Part shown: positions 1-10,055 of the stretch, piece after piece
Numbering within the stretch: the stretch's first letter is position 1
How the letters are laid out: each line of letters begins with the position of its first letter
Assembly: GCA_037968875.1 (NCBI GenBank)
Contig: JBBKWI010000085.1
Location: 1,072 to 65,071, forward strand
Source: Candidatus Sericytochromatia bacterium
GTDB taxonomy: Bacteria; Cyanobacteriota; Sericytochromatia; UBA7694
DNA: 64,000 nt
Direction of reading: 5' to 3'
Notes under the pieces: model-generated
The model's database searches: none
The model's input: the letters and a program-made list of their open reading frames with translations, nothing else
What the model was told of the DNA's origin: nothing
Position numbers and translations under genes: made by a program

Positions 1-210
1 TTCCCGGTGCAACTTGAATTCTTAAGTTTTGAGAGCCTCAGTCATGAGAGCAGCCAGCTCACGATGCAGATTGTCTATAAGTCAGTTTTTGACAGAGACC
101 AAATGCTAAACTTGCCTTTTGCAAAGGGCTTAAATTGGGCCCATAATAGATTAGAAAGTGTGCTCAGTGCTTATGTCACAGCGAAATGAAATTAAGGAAG
201 GCAAATCAAG

Positions 211-798
211 ATGCATAAGCATAATCCAGAAGTGGATTGGTTTTTTGAGAAACCCAGAAAGTGGCAGCCAGCTTATAAACTACTGAGAGAGATTTTGCTG
301 GACTGCGGCCTGAGTGAAAATTTAAAGTGGGGGAAGCCGACTTATGGCATTGAGGACAATAATTTCTTATTGATGCATGGCTTCAAAAATTACTGTGCCC
401 TGCTCTTTTTTAAAGGGGTCTTGCTCAACGATCCAGAGGGGATCCTGGTGGCGCAAACCGAAAACGTACAGTCAGCTCGACAGATTCGTTTTACTAAGCC
501 GCAAGAGATCAACGATCTGGAGGATAGCTTGAAAGCCTATGTACAGAACGCGATTGAGATCGAGCAATCTGGCCAGCAAGTTGAATTTAAAAAAACCAGT
601 GAATTTGCCATGCCAGCAGAGTTTCAAACGAAGCTCGATTTGAATCCTGAGCTTAAGACAGCCTTTGAGTCTTTGACTCCAGGCAGGCAGCGAGCGTATC
701 TATTGTATTTTGGGGCAGCCAAGCAATCCAAAACACGCACAGCCAGAGTGGAGAAATACACGATTCAGATTCTCAAGCGCAAAGGCCTCAAGGATTAA
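211..798 (+). CDS. DUF1801 (YdhG-like) N-terminal domain fused to a YdeI/OmpD-associated C-terminal domain
   Basis: ORF of 195 aa. The N-terminal half resembles DUF1801 and the C-terminal 'TPGRQRAYLLYFGAAKQSKTRTARVEKY' resembles the YdeI family. A good SD (AAGGAAG) precedes the ATG. Confidence 0.5.
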   Translation: MHKHNPEVDWFFEKPRKWQPAYKLLREILLDCGLSENLKWGKPTYGIEDNNFLLMHGFKNYCALLFFKGVLLNDPEGILVAQTENVQSARQIRFTKPQEINDLEDSLKAYVQNAIEIEQSGQQVEFKKTSEFAMPAEFQTKLDLNPELKTAFESLTPGRQRAYLLYFGAAKQSKTRTARVEKYTIQILKRKGLKD

Positions 799-849
799 TT
801 CCTGATAGGCTTTAGGGCATCAAAAAATAGGGACGAGGACAAATACTTT

Positions 850-1215
850 ATGACGGCTTCCAAATTCGATTCAATAGAGAGCTATTTAGATTCATTAGAT
901 CATCCGATCAAAGCAAAAACACTGCAAGCCGTGATGGATTCTATACTGAGCCAATTTCCTGACTTGGAGTCTAAAATCTCCTGGAATGTGCCTCAGATCC
1001 ATCGCCAGGGAAAGTATGTCTTTGGCCTGGCCGCCTTGAAGAACCATTTGACTTTGGCGCCCTGGAGTCCCCAGCTGATCATTGACTTTCAAGAGCGATT
1101 GTCGGCCTATGTGGTCAAGAAAAATTGCTTTCAGATCCCGATCGACTGGGAAATCGATCCCAAATTACTCAGGGATCTGGTTAACGCCAGACTCGCTGAA
1201 CTGGACAAAAAGTAA
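850..1215 (+). CDS. DUF1801-domain protein, a paralog of the upstream gene
   Basis: ORF of 121 aa in tandem with the gene at 211–798, with a similar fold-family pattern. Confidence 0.4.
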   Translation: MTASKFDSIESYLDSLDHPIKAKTLQAVMDSILSQFPDLESKISWNVPQIHRQGKYVFGLAALKNHLTLAPWSPQLIIDFQERLSAYVVKKNCFQIPIDWEIDPKLLRDLVNARLAELDKK

Positions 1216-1853
1216 TGACGCTTGCCAGTGAAATCTATTTTACGCTTTTTGAGCGGCTGCGGGCTTTCTACTTTGACGATATCTTACAAAGCTTAGATCA
1301 CCAATTGGCCGTTTTGTGCCTTACCAGTTTTCATGGCTGTTATCGCTTTAGCATTGAGCAAGCCGGTGCAGATTGTTTTTATGTCGCTGAGCAGGTCGAG
1401 GCACCTTATGATTGGTTTATACGGGTTTTGAAGTTTAAGTATAGCCTCTCAGAATCTAGCCAAACGCAAGATCCTTTTCTGCTGCCTGAGTTTGAGTTGG
1501 ATGACTTTGAATATGCCCTGGAGCGCATTCAGGCGCCAGCGGGCACTTACGATACTTACTTATCTTTCGTGGCTGATCTCGAATTTACGCGACCGACAGA
1601 ACCCGCTCAGGGGCGAGATGGCGCCACATTTTTGCTCAGCAAACGTCAGTCTGCTCGCTTAGACTGCTTTTATCTGCGCACCTCGGAAGTTGATGACGTC
1701 GAGCAGATTGCCGGTATCAAGACATTTTTACTCGCTTTTCAGGGGCTGGGCCTCTCAGCCGAATCCGAGCAAGCGCTGATCAATAGCTTGTCATATCTTA
1801 ACGAAAAAGACTTTGACAGCTCAAACCATAAAAAAAACAAACGGTCGCGTTGA
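1215..1853 (+). CDS. Hypothetical protein
   Basis: ORF of 212 aa. Its start overlaps the upstream stop (TAATG). I recognise no domain. Confidence 0.4.
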   Translation: MTLASEIYFTLFERLRAFYFDDILQSLDHQLAVLCLTSFHGCYRFSIEQAGADCFYVAEQVEAPYDWFIRVLKFKYSLSESSQTQDPFLLPEFELDDFEYALERIQAPAGTYDTYLSFVADLEFTRPTEPAQGRDGATFLLSKRQSARLDCFYLRTSEVDDVEQIAGIKTFLLAFQGLGLSAESEQALINSLSYLNEKDFDSSNHKKNKRSR

Positions 1854-1913
1854 CCTGCTGAGTTAATATGACGATGCCGCCTATTAAACCTATCTCTATG
1901 AAAGTCAAAGTCA

Positions 1914-2321
1914 ATGCTGAATAAATTTACTGTCGCTGATTTGCCCGTTCACCAGTTAGTTTCAAAACATGGAGCTGAGCATTACAGTGCAAGCCAATCC
2001 CTGAGTGATGCCGCAGAGCTAACGCAATTGCTGGTGCATCGTGAAGTGATTTTGCCGGGGCAGCGGGCTTCTGCACCCCATCGACATAGTCACAAAGAAG
2101 AATTGTTTTGGGTGCTTTCGGGTATCGCCACGCTCTATTGTGGCCAGCATAACATAGCCGTTTCTGAGGGTGAGTTTATCGGTATCAAGCCTGGCCGAGA
2201 ATATCACTTTATTGCCAATCAAGGGACTGAAGCATTAATTATTTTGAGTGTAGGCAGTCACAATCAGGCTGATGTCACTGAGTTTGCTCCTCTTGAGATG
2301 CCTGCTGAGAGCGCAGAGTAA
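1914..2321 (+). CDS. Cupin-domain protein
   Basis: ORF of 135 aa with the cupin-like motifs 'HRHSHKEELFWVLSG' and 'GREYHF'. Confidence 0.5.
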   Translation: MLNKFTVADLPVHQLVSKHGAEHYSASQSLSDAAELTQLLVHREVILPGQRASAPHRHSHKEELFWVLSGIATLYCGQHNIAVSEGEFIGIKPGREYHFIANQGTEALIILSVGSHNQADVTEFAPLEMPAESAE

Positions 2322-2937
2322 ACGGTGATTTGCTGAAATGAAGCAATTTTCCGTGGTCGCTTGATCCCAATAATTCATATTGAATGACCTGATTGTTTTT
2401 GAGCTGAGGGGCGTATATGATCCGCCAGGCATTTGCGTTGGCTGCTTGCTGATGCGTTTGTTGATCGACAGTAAACTGACGGGTATCTGGATCTCCAGGG
2501 GCTTGCAGCGGGGGGCTGAAAAAGGCGGTAATACGCTTTTCGAGAGCTTGTGCATTATTTGGGTAAGCGATTCCTGCGGTGTTGTCAGCTTGCAGCATCT
2601 GATGCACTTCTCGCATATTTTGTCTCAATAAGAGATTATGAGGGCGATTGACCATATAGGCATTGCTGGGAACAATCAAAGCCAATCCTATCAGGCAGAT
2701 CAGGCTGACCGAAAAGACCGTTTTGACAGGTTTCAAAAAAGGGGCAAACTGTTGTTGGTAGATTAGCCAGGCTGTGGCCATTGTGCCGACGAGCGTCCAG
2801 ATCATGACAAAGGCATAGACCGGGAAAATAAACAGATTGACCAGATTATAAAGCAGAAACCCGATCAAAATACCTGAAAAGAGTGAACTCAGGAAGCTGA
2901 TGAGCAGCGAGAAAAACGGTTTGAGGCGTGACAACAT
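2275..2937 (-). CDS. Hypothetical membrane protein
   Basis: ORF of 220 aa with several hydrophobic segments. It overlaps the 3' end of the cupin gene. Confidence 0.35.
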   Translation of the reverse strand: MLSRLKPFFSLLISFLSSLFSGILIGFLLYNLVNLFIFPVYAFVMIWTLVGTMATAWLIYQQQFAPFLKPVKTVFSVSLICLIGLALIVPSNAYMVNRPHNLLLRQNMREVHQMLQADNTAGIAYPNNAQALEKRITAFFSPPLQAPGDPDTRQFTVDQQTHQQAANANAWRIIYAPQLKNNQVIQYELLGSSDHGKLLHFSKSPFTLRSQQASQEEQTQ

Positions 2938-3127
2938 TTGCTGGCGACCTTTGTATGTGGCTTTATTCTCGTCTAGAAAACGCTCTGAATTTTACGTTAG
3001 CATATGTTAAGTTGTCTGGCTAGGCATCGTTTTAATGAGCGCGTTGATATAGCTGCGCAGGCAGTTTTTTTACAATGCAAGGCATAAACACTGGAGTCAG
3101 CCACCCGATTTCTGCGATACTGCCTCC

Positions 3128-4354
3128 ATGAAAAGTCTGCAGCTTTTACGGGATACGCACTACCGCCGCTATTGGTTGTCCTTGTTGATTAGCAATCTGG
3201 GCAATTGGATGCAAAGTGCGGCGATGGGCTGGTTGGTGCTGAAAATTTCGGGCTCTGCTGAAGCTTTGGGTTGGGTTGTTGGCTTGCGATTTTTGCCTTC
3301 GCTCTTGTTTTCATTACATGCCGGGGCCTTAGCAGATCGTTTTTCGCGACAGCGGATCGTGCTGGTGTGCCAAAGTTTGATGATGGGCCTGGCCTTTGTG
3401 ACTGCCGCTCTGGTCACCTGGGGAGCGCTCGATTATTGGCATTTATTGGTGCTCTCTTTTGCCCAGGGCACTATACTGGCGCTCGACATGCCTGCCCGTC
3501 AGGCCCTGGTGGTAGAAATGGTCACCAAGAGTCGCTATCCCGAAGCGATGTCCCTGAATTCATTTACCTTTAATCTATCTCGTTTGCTAGGGCCTGCTCT
3601 GGCTGGGATCTGTATTGCCTCCTGGGGCATGTCGTGGGCCTTTTGGATCAATGCCATCACTTTTACTCCCCTGGTATTGACGCTGCTTTACTTGCCTATT
3701 TTGCCAGGCCAGATTCAGCAAGCGACTCAGGCTTCTGGGGCCAGGCTATTGGCTGGGGTGCATTATGTATTGGGTGATCTATTGATCCGGCGCCTCTTTT
3801 TTATGCTGGGTTGGGTTTCGATCTTTGGCGTTAATTTTTCGACTTTGATTCCTGCTTATGCCCGTCTGGAACTGGGTTTAGATGCTCAGGGTTATGGGTT
3901 TTTGTTATCGGCTTTGGGCCTGGGTGCATTGATTGGCTCGCTCTGGCAAGTCTGGTCGCCAGCAGCACGACCTGGACGCATGCTGAAGGCTGCACTGGCA
4001 CTCGCTGGCCTGCATCTCTTGCTGGGGCTGCGACTGGAGATCTGGGGGGTAGCCGCTATCTGGGTGGGCTGTGGTTTTGCGATGGTGACGATGATGATCA
4101 ATACCAATACGTCTTTGCAGACCCTGGCGCCGGATCATTTGCGAGGGCGGATCATGGCTTTGTATTCGATGGTTTTATTGGGCACGGCCCCGCTGGGATC
4201 CTGGCTAAGCGGGTATTTGTTTGATACGCTCGGGGGCCGCCAGGCTGCGGTCTGTATGGGCCTATTGACTTTTATGGGGCTGCTGCCCTTCTTCAAGGGT
4301 GCACTGCCACAAGAAATCTTAAATGAACTTAGATCACCCGCCCCTGCAGATTAA
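3128..4354 (+). CDS. MFS transporter
   Basis: ORF of 408 aa with about 12 predicted transmembrane segments, including MFS-like 'GALADRFSRQRI' (loop 2–3 motif). Confidence 0.7.
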   Translation: MKSLQLLRDTHYRRYWLSLLISNLGNWMQSAAMGWLVLKISGSAEALGWVVGLRFLPSLLFSLHAGALADRFSRQRIVLVCQSLMMGLAFVTAALVTWGALDYWHLLVLSFAQGTILALDMPARQALVVEMVTKSRYPEAMSLNSFTFNLSRLLGPALAGICIASWGMSWAFWINAITFTPLVLTLLYLPILPGQIQQATQASGARLLAGVHYVLGDLLIRRLFFMLGWVSIFGVNFSTLIPAYARLELGLDAQGYGFLLSALGLGALIGSLWQVWSPAARPGRMLKAALALAGLHLLLGLRLEIWGVAAIWVGCGFAMVTMMINTNTSLQTLAPDHLRGRIMALYSMVLLGTAPLGSWLSGYLFDTLGGRQAAVCMGLLTFMGLLPFFKGALPQEILNELRSPAPAD

Positions 4355-4366
4355 ATTGGCTGAAGC

Positions 4367-6334
4367 CTACTCAACTTCGCTCGTGATCTCTTCATAGACC
4401 TTGCTCTCTTTGAAGACCTGATACAAATCTGCGTCTAACATGCCGTCTTTGACTTCATAACCCAGGATATCCAGTGCCCGTTGTACAGGCAAGGCTTTTT
4501 TGTAAGGGCGATCAGAAGCGGTCAGGGCATCATATATATCTGCAATTGTCATCATGCGGGCCTGTACCGGGATCTCTACTGCGGGTAAGCCCAGAGGGTA
4601 GCCTCGGCCATTCAGTTTTTCGTGGTGGGCATAAGCAATTTGCGGGACATTTCTGAGTTCGCGGGTCCAGGGGATCTGGCTCAGAAAGTGAAAAGTATGG
4701 GTGACATGAGACTCAATCTCAAGCCGCTCTTCGGGGGCCAGTGTGCCTTTTTTGATTGATAAACGTGAGAGCTCGTAAGGATTTAAGAGCGTGATTTGCT
4801 CTTGATCCACATCAAAGTGTTTTTGCTCCAGCAATTTAAGATGCTCAGAGACTTCTTCATCCAGAATAGAGGGGCGATTGGCCTGAATAATCATCTGGAA
4901 ATCAAGATCGAGACTTTGCAATTGCTCTTGATAAAACCCATCGATCTCAGCAATTTCAGCTTGTCCAGCTTCGGGGCCCTGTTTGAGCAGGATATTGAGT
5001 TTATTGACATGCATCTGATTCTCTAAGCTTTTGCGGATCAAACGAAAGCGGTGTTTGATTTCATCAAATTCGTGAGTATAGAGCTTATCTGCTTTGACCA
5101 GGACATGCTCACGCACGCCGATTTTACCAAAATCATGCAGCAATGAAGCGTATTTGATTTCTTTGAGATCATTGCGCGAAAACTTGATATCAGCATAGGG
5201 CCCATCAGAAACACTGTCGATTTTTTTAGCCAGACCGACGGTTAATATGGCAACCCGTTCCGAGTGACCTGAGGTGGTTGGATCGCGTGACTCGATCGCT
5301 TGGACTGAGGCTTTGATAAAGCCCTCAAACAGAGATTGAATCGAGGTGTAGAGTCGCGCATTTTCGATCGCAACGGCTGCCTGGCTGGCCAGAGAAACCA
5401 AGAGTTCTTCGTCTTCATGTGTGAAGCTCTGAATCTGGGCTTCTAATACGGAGCTATCATTTAATGAGAGGGGCTGTTCAGGATCAATGTTTTTGTTGAT
5501 CATCTGCAGGATCCCGATCACGTCGCCTTTGGGGTTCTTCATCGGTACGGTGAGCATCGATTTGGAGCGGTAGCCAGTATTCTGGTCAAAACTTTTGTTA
5601 AATCCGTAAGGCAAGCCCGGATCCATTTCATAGACATCCTGAATGTTTAAGGGCTTCCCTTGCAGGGCGACGGCACCAGCGATACTTTGCTCATTGAGAT
5701 CAATTGTAAACTCAGAGAAATCGATCTCCAGGCTCATATTGCGTGCCCATTTGAAACGCAAATAGCGGCTTTCGAGGCCTTCTTCTTCGCGGGTCTCGAC
5801 CAGATAGAGGCTCCCAGAATCAGAGCAGGTGATGTCTGTGCTGCTGGTTAGAATTTTGTCTAATAAATGATCCAGATTGCGCTCATTGGAAAGTGCAGTC
5901 CCTATTTGATTGAGCTCATGTAAACGATCCCGCTGTACGTCCAATTGGTGTTTCAGGTTTTTGAGTTGAAAGGCTTGCAATAATTGGCTGTAAGTTCGGT
6001 TGAGTGAAAAGGTCAGACGTTCAGCGCTCGGCAGGCCATGGCTGTAATCGAGCAGATTGCTTTGGTTGAGCCAGCTTTCTGAGAGCGGGGTGTTTTCTTC
6101 GAGGTACAGAAAGCAATAAAAGGGCGCGCCGGGGAAGTGCTCTTGCAAATAGGTTAATGTGCTCTGGTCGCACAAAAATATCCAGGGAGCTTCTGCTTGA
6201 TCCAGCAATTGAGATAAATCGTTGAGATGATAGCCTTGCAAGTCAAAGCGCTCGCCAAGGAAGGGCTTTAATTTTTCGCACAGACTATCAAATATTGGCT
6301 GTAAATAGAATAACGGAAGAAGTTTCATGCGCAA
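4367..6334 (-). CDS. HD-GYP phosphodiesterase with an N-terminal domain and a GAF-like sensor region
   Basis: ORF of 655 aa. It has an HD motif ('LLHDFGKIG') and a GYP motif ('HHEKLNGRGYPLGL') at the C-terminus, with a GAF-like middle region. Confidence 0.7.
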   Translation of the reverse strand: MRMKLLPLFYLQPIFDSLCEKLKPFLGERFDLQGYHLNDLSQLLDQAEAPWIFLCDQSTLTYLQEHFPGAPFYCFLYLEENTPLSESWLNQSNLLDYSHGLPSAERLTFSLNRTYSQLLQAFQLKNLKHQLDVQRDRLHELNQIGTALSNERNLDHLLDKILTSSTDITCSDSGSLYLVETREEEGLESRYLRFKWARNMSLEIDFSEFTIDLNEQSIAGAVALQGKPLNIQDVYEMDPGLPYGFNKSFDQNTGYRSKSMLTVPMKNPKGDVIGILQMINKNIDPEQPLSLNDSSVLEAQIQSFTHEDEELLVSLASQAAVAIENARLYTSIQSLFEGFIKASVQAIESRDPTTSGHSERVAILTVGLAKKIDSVSDGPYADIKFSRNDLKEIKYASLLHDFGKIGVREHVLVKADKLYTHEFDEIKHRFRLIRKSLENQMHVNKLNILLKQGPEAGQAEIAEIDGFYQEQLQSLDLDFQMIIQANRPSILDEEVSEHLKLLEQKHFDVDQEQITLLNPYELSRLSIKKGTLAPEERLEIESHVTHTFHFLSQIPWTRELRNVPQIAYAHHEKLNGRGYPLGLPAVEIPVQARMMTIADIYDALTASDRPYKKALPVQRALDILGYEVKDGMLDADLYQVFKESKVYEEITSEVE

Positions 6335-6346
6335 GCTCTTTTTTCA

Positions 6347-7915
6347 ATGACAAGGATACGCCTATTATACCAAAAGCGAGCCCACACGGAGCAGACCTCT
6401 CAGGGGTATACTGATGGCATGGCAGCCCTACACTTTTCTGACTTGCAAGCCCTGCTTCCCGAATTGCAGAGCTTGCTTCAACAACGTCTGCAAAAAATCA
6501 AAGCGCTGGAGCTACAGTCAGGCGTAGCGGTGAAACAAAGTCCGATACTGCTCAGTTTTGAACGCCAATCGTGTCTATTGGATCTTAAAAACAGTCAGAT
6601 ATTTTTGCTGCCCAAAGACCTTGCCAGTTCGCGTTTTTCAGAGCTGCTAGTTCAGCCTGAGCAAGCGCAACAGAGTTCGCCTCCGGCCTGGGTGATGTTG
6701 TGCCGTAAGTACTTGCAGGGACACCGACTACAAAGCTTAGAGCTTGTCGCGCACGACCGTATTATTATCGGCGTCTGGGCCTCGGGCGCTCAAATGGTGA
6801 TAGAGCTTTCTGGACGCCATGCCAATGCCTTTGTACTGGACTCAGCAGCAAATCTTCTGGGTGGTTGGCGTCCGGATGCTTCCCAACGGAAGCTGACCGT
6901 GGGGCAGCCTTACCAGCAGCCTGCCCCGCACGCATTTAAGGCTGAAACCTCAGCGTTGACAAGACTTCCGTCAGATGGCGCCCGTTCAGTGGCTCTGGCT
7001 AACCAGTACTTAAGCGATCAGCTTCGGTTTGAGCAAGCTGGTTTAGTTCAATCGGCTCTCAAACAAGCCCGTAAAACCACCCAACGACAGACGCATATTT
7101 TGCAGCAATTACAACAAGACATCGATCGACTGGATCGGGCAGAGCATTGGCAGCAAATCGGGGATCTCTTACAGAGTGCCCCTGATAAAAGTCGGCGAGG
7201 TCAAACTGAAATACAAGTGCAGGATTATTATGCCTTACAGCCGAATCTGCGTACGATTCCCCTTGATCCGCGCTATAGCCTGGCAGAGCAGATAAGCAAA
7301 GCCTACAAACTTGCCAAAAAGATCGAACGCGCTGCTGAACGGGCGCTTTTGCTTTGGGAAAGTCAAAGCGAAAGCTGTCAGCAATCCCAGGCTGACTTAG
7401 CGCGTATTGAGTTGCTTTGGCAACGACATCAGGCAGGTGAAAGCTTAAGTGACACTGAGCTTGGGGAGTTCTCAAGTGAGCTTCCACGTCCTAAATTGCC
7501 ACAGACCAAAAACCTGAGCTCGGGTGCTTCTGAACCGCGACAGTTTTGCTCAAGTTCGGGTCTTACTATCTGGGTCGGCAAAAATGATCGCAGCAACCAC
7601 CACTTAAGCACACGCCTGGCCAAAGGCAATGACTATTGGTTCCATCTGCAAGATTTGCCTGGCTCCCATGTAGTCTTACGCACATCAGGCCAGCAAGTAT
7701 CTGAGCAGGATTTACTTGATGCAGCCACCCTGGCTGTTTATTATTCCAAATGGCGTGCTGAACCCCGAGTGGCTGTGAGCTATACACAGGTCAAAAATGT
7801 CAAAAGTCTCAAAGGCGGCCGTCCTGGTCAGGTGCAGTTAAAAGCTTATAAAACAATTTTGCTTGTCACGGAGCCCGAACGCTTGCAGCGCCTCAAAAAT
7901 AGCCGTAACCCGTAG
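6347..7915 (+). CDS. rqcH: RqcH/NFACT-family ribosome quality-control protein (fibronectin-binding-protein-A-like)
   Basis: ORF of 522 aa. The C-terminal NFACT-R/DUF814 signature is 'TIWVGKNDRSNHHLSTRLAKGNDYWFHLQDLPGSHVVLR...AATLAVYYSKW'. The N-terminus is NFACT-N-like, and the true start may be the ATG at ~6419. Confidence 0.6.
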   Translation: MTRIRLLYQKRAHTEQTSQGYTDGMAALHFSDLQALLPELQSLLQQRLQKIKALELQSGVAVKQSPILLSFERQSCLLDLKNSQIFLLPKDLASSRFSELLVQPEQAQQSSPPAWVMLCRKYLQGHRLQSLELVAHDRIIIGVWASGAQMVIELSGRHANAFVLDSAANLLGGWRPDASQRKLTVGQPYQQPAPHAFKAETSALTRLPSDGARSVALANQYLSDQLRFEQAGLVQSALKQARKTTQRQTHILQQLQQDIDRLDRAEHWQQIGDLLQSAPDKSRRGQTEIQVQDYYALQPNLRTIPLDPRYSLAEQISKAYKLAKKIERAAERALLLWESQSESCQQSQADLARIELLWQRHQAGESLSDTELGEFSSELPRPKLPQTKNLSSGASEPRQFCSSSGLTIWVGKNDRSNHHLSTRLAKGNDYWFHLQDLPGSHVVLRTSGQQVSEQDLLDAATLAVYYSKWRAEPRVAVSYTQVKNVKSLKGGRPGQVQLKAYKTILLVTEPERLQRLKNSRNP

Positions 7916-7937
7916 CGAAAAGGGGCCTGGCTAGCGT

Positions 7938-8774
7938 ATGGTGATGCACATGCAAATGGATATATCAAAAGATTGGACCCTCGGCGAAGCGATTGCTTTT
8001 GAAGGACATGGTCTTCACACAGGACGCCCTTCACAGGTCTTGATCAAGCCAATAGCAAAAGCTGGATTTTGGCTGCAAACCCCTCAGGGCCGCCTGTTGC
8101 TGGATACGGATCGGGTTGAACGAACGGATTGGTCTACCACAGTTGCTGGCATCCAAACGATTGAGCATGTCTTGGCTGCTGCTTACGGGCTGGGATTATC
8201 AGCGCTTTGCTTTGAGATTGACGGCCCGGAATGCCCGATTCTGGACGGCTCAGCTAAGCTTTGGGGGGAAGCAATGCTGGCGGCTGGGATTCGTCCGCTC
8301 GAGAGTAAGCGGCGTTGGCTCAAGGCTCCGGCCTGGCAAGCAGAGTGGGGGGCCGTGCGCCTGGAGCTTGAGCCAGCGGATGAGCTCTTGATCCGTTATA
8401 CGATTGATTACCGCCAACATGATCGCGATTTATATCAAAGCTATGATTATCGCTGGAGCCCAGAGAGTTTTATGGCGCAAATTGCCCCGGCCCGAACCTT
8501 TACCTTTGCTGCTGATGTTGCGCGTTTGCAAGCAGCGGGTCTGGCCCTGGGTGGCCGTCTTGAAAACGCCCTGGTTCTGGATGAGCAGGGGCAAGCGGAT
8601 GCCTCTCAAACCTTGCGTTTTGAGAACGAACCGGTGCGTCATAAGATTCTCGATTTATTGGGAGATCTGGCCTTGTCTGGGGCTCGTTTATTAGGACGGA
8701 TCACGATTTCCGGGGGCGGGCATCAGAGCCATGTTAAAATGATTCGCAGTTTAGGACAACAGGCCAGCTTATGA
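7938..8774 (+). CDS. lpxC: UDP-3-O-acyl-N-acetylglucosamine deacetylase
   Basis: ORF of 278 aa with an LpxC-like sequence throughout. It is coupled to fabZ by an ATGA overlap. Confidence 0.85.
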   Translation: MVMHMQMDISKDWTLGEAIAFEGHGLHTGRPSQVLIKPIAKAGFWLQTPQGRLLLDTDRVERTDWSTTVAGIQTIEHVLAAAYGLGLSALCFEIDGPECPILDGSAKLWGEAMLAAGIRPLESKRRWLKAPAWQAEWGAVRLELEPADELLIRYTIDYRQHDRDLYQSYDYRWSPESFMAQIAPARTFTFAADVARLQAAGLALGGRLENALVLDEQGQADASQTLRFENEPVRHKILDLLGDLALSGARLLGRITISGGGHQSHVKMIRSLGQQASL

Positions 8775-9250
8775 ATCAGAAAATGCCCCTCGATATTGCT
8801 GATATTCAGCAGATTTTACCCCATCGTTTCCCCTTTTTATTACTCGACCGGATTCTGGAATTAGAACCCGGTAAATTCGCCAAAGCTTTAAAAAACGTAA
8901 CCATTTCTGAGCCCTTCTTTCAAGGGCATTTCCCGTCTCAGGCGATCATGCCAGGAGTACTGATCATCGAAGCGATGGCGCAATTGGGAGGTGTTTTGCT
9001 TTTGCAGCAAGAGCAGGCGGCACAATTTGCCGATGGCAATCAGCATCAGACGCCGCAGTTGGCTCTCTTGACCGGGGTCGATAAAGCCCGTTTTCGTAAG
9101 CAAGTTGTGCCAGGTGATCAGTTGATTTTGGTCGCTGAGATTAAAAAAATACGGGGAAAAATGGGTAAGTTAAGCGCCAGTGCCAGTGTGGATCAGCAAC
9201 GCATTGCTGAAGCTGAACTGATGTTTTGTTTGGTGGATAGTAATGCCTGA
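8771..9250 (+). CDS. fabZ: 3-hydroxyacyl-ACP dehydratase
   Basis: ORF of 159 aa with 'HFPSQAIMPGVLIIEAMAQ' and the hot-dog fold. It sits between lpxC and lpxA. Confidence 0.85.
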   Translation: MNQKMPLDIADIQQILPHRFPFLLLDRILELEPGKFAKALKNVTISEPFFQGHFPSQAIMPGVLIIEAMAQLGGVLLLQQEQAAQFADGNQHQTPQLALLTGVDKARFRKQVVPGDQLILVAEIKKIRGKMGKLSASASVDQQRIAEAELMFCLVDSNA

Positions 9251-10055
9251 AGCACGGATTCATCCCAGTGCCAGGATCCATCCCAGTGCTGTGATTTCAG
9301 AGAATGCTGAGATTGGGGCTGACGTTCAGATTGGCCCTTATGTGGTCGTCGGTGAGCAAAGCCGTATCGCCGAAAATTGTCAGATAGGCCCTTATTCTCA
9401 GATTGGGGATTTAACTGAAATTGGCCCTGCTTGTCGAATCTCAGCCCATGCCGTTGTGGGCTCCTCTTCTCAGGATCTCAAGCACCAACAAGGGGTGGTT
9501 AGCTGGCTTAAAATCGGCGCTCGCAATCGTATTCGTGAGTTTGTGACGATCAATCGTGCCACCGATCTGGGTGACGTGACCCGCCTGGGCGATGATAATT
9601 TATTGATGGCCTATGCCCATGTAGCCCATGATTGTCAGCTAGGCAATCGGGTCGTGCTGGCCAATGGTGCGACTTTAGGTGGGCATGTGCAATTAGCTGA
9701 TGATGTCATTATCGGGGCCATGACCGGGGTGCACCAATTTGTCCAGATAGGTCGTCTGGCGATGATTGGCGCGATGTCGCGGGTCTGTAATGATGTGCCG
9801 CCCTTTATGCTCTGTTCTGGTTCGCCGCCAAAACTCTATGGTCTGAATACGGTTGGTTTACGACGCGCAGGTTTTCGGGCCAGTGTCAGGCATGAGCTCA
9901 AAAACGCATATCAGACGCTGTATCGTCAACAGCTGAGTTTGGATCAGGCTCTGTCGGCGCTCGAAAGCATGTCTAGTCAAGAAGTGATTGAATTGTTGCG
10001 CTTTTGCCAGCAAAGTCAACGGGGACTGGTCGGTTATAAGCAGAGCATTTTTTAA
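9243..10055 (+). CDS. lpxA: UDP-N-acetylglucosamine O-acyltransferase
   Basis: ORF of 270 aa with left-handed beta-helix hexapeptide repeats. It aligns with E. coli LpxA along its whole length. Confidence 0.85.
   Translation: MPEARIHPSARIHPSAVISENAEIGADVQIGPYVVVGEQSRIAENCQIGPYSQIGDLTEIGPACRISAHAVVGSSSQDLKHQQGVVSWLKIGARNRIREFVTINRATDLGDVTRLGDDNLLMAYAHVAHDCQLGNRVVLANGATLGGHVQLADDVIIGAMTGVHQFVQIGRLAMIGAMSRVCNDVPPFMLCSGSPPKLYGLNTVGLRRAGFRASVRHELKNAYQTLYRQQLSLDQALSALESMSSQEVIELLRFCQQSQRGLVGYKQSIF
9251..9286 (+). repeat. Imperfect 18-bp tandem duplication inside the lpxA 5' end
   Basis: gcacggattcatcccagt / gccaggatccatcccagt (15 of 18 identical). It encodes ARIHPS-ARIHPS, whereas canonical LpxA has a single I-H-P-[ST]-A. 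Confidence 0.6.

Noticed and set aside
3169-4138. Several antisense or alternative-frame ORFs inside the MFS transporter gene (3169–3417, 3271–3573, 3892–4107, 3905–4138)
   Set aside because: They are Arg/Pro/Gly/Ala-rich shadow ORFs typical of the opposite strand of a GC-rich membrane-protein gene. The MFS frame is clearly the real one.
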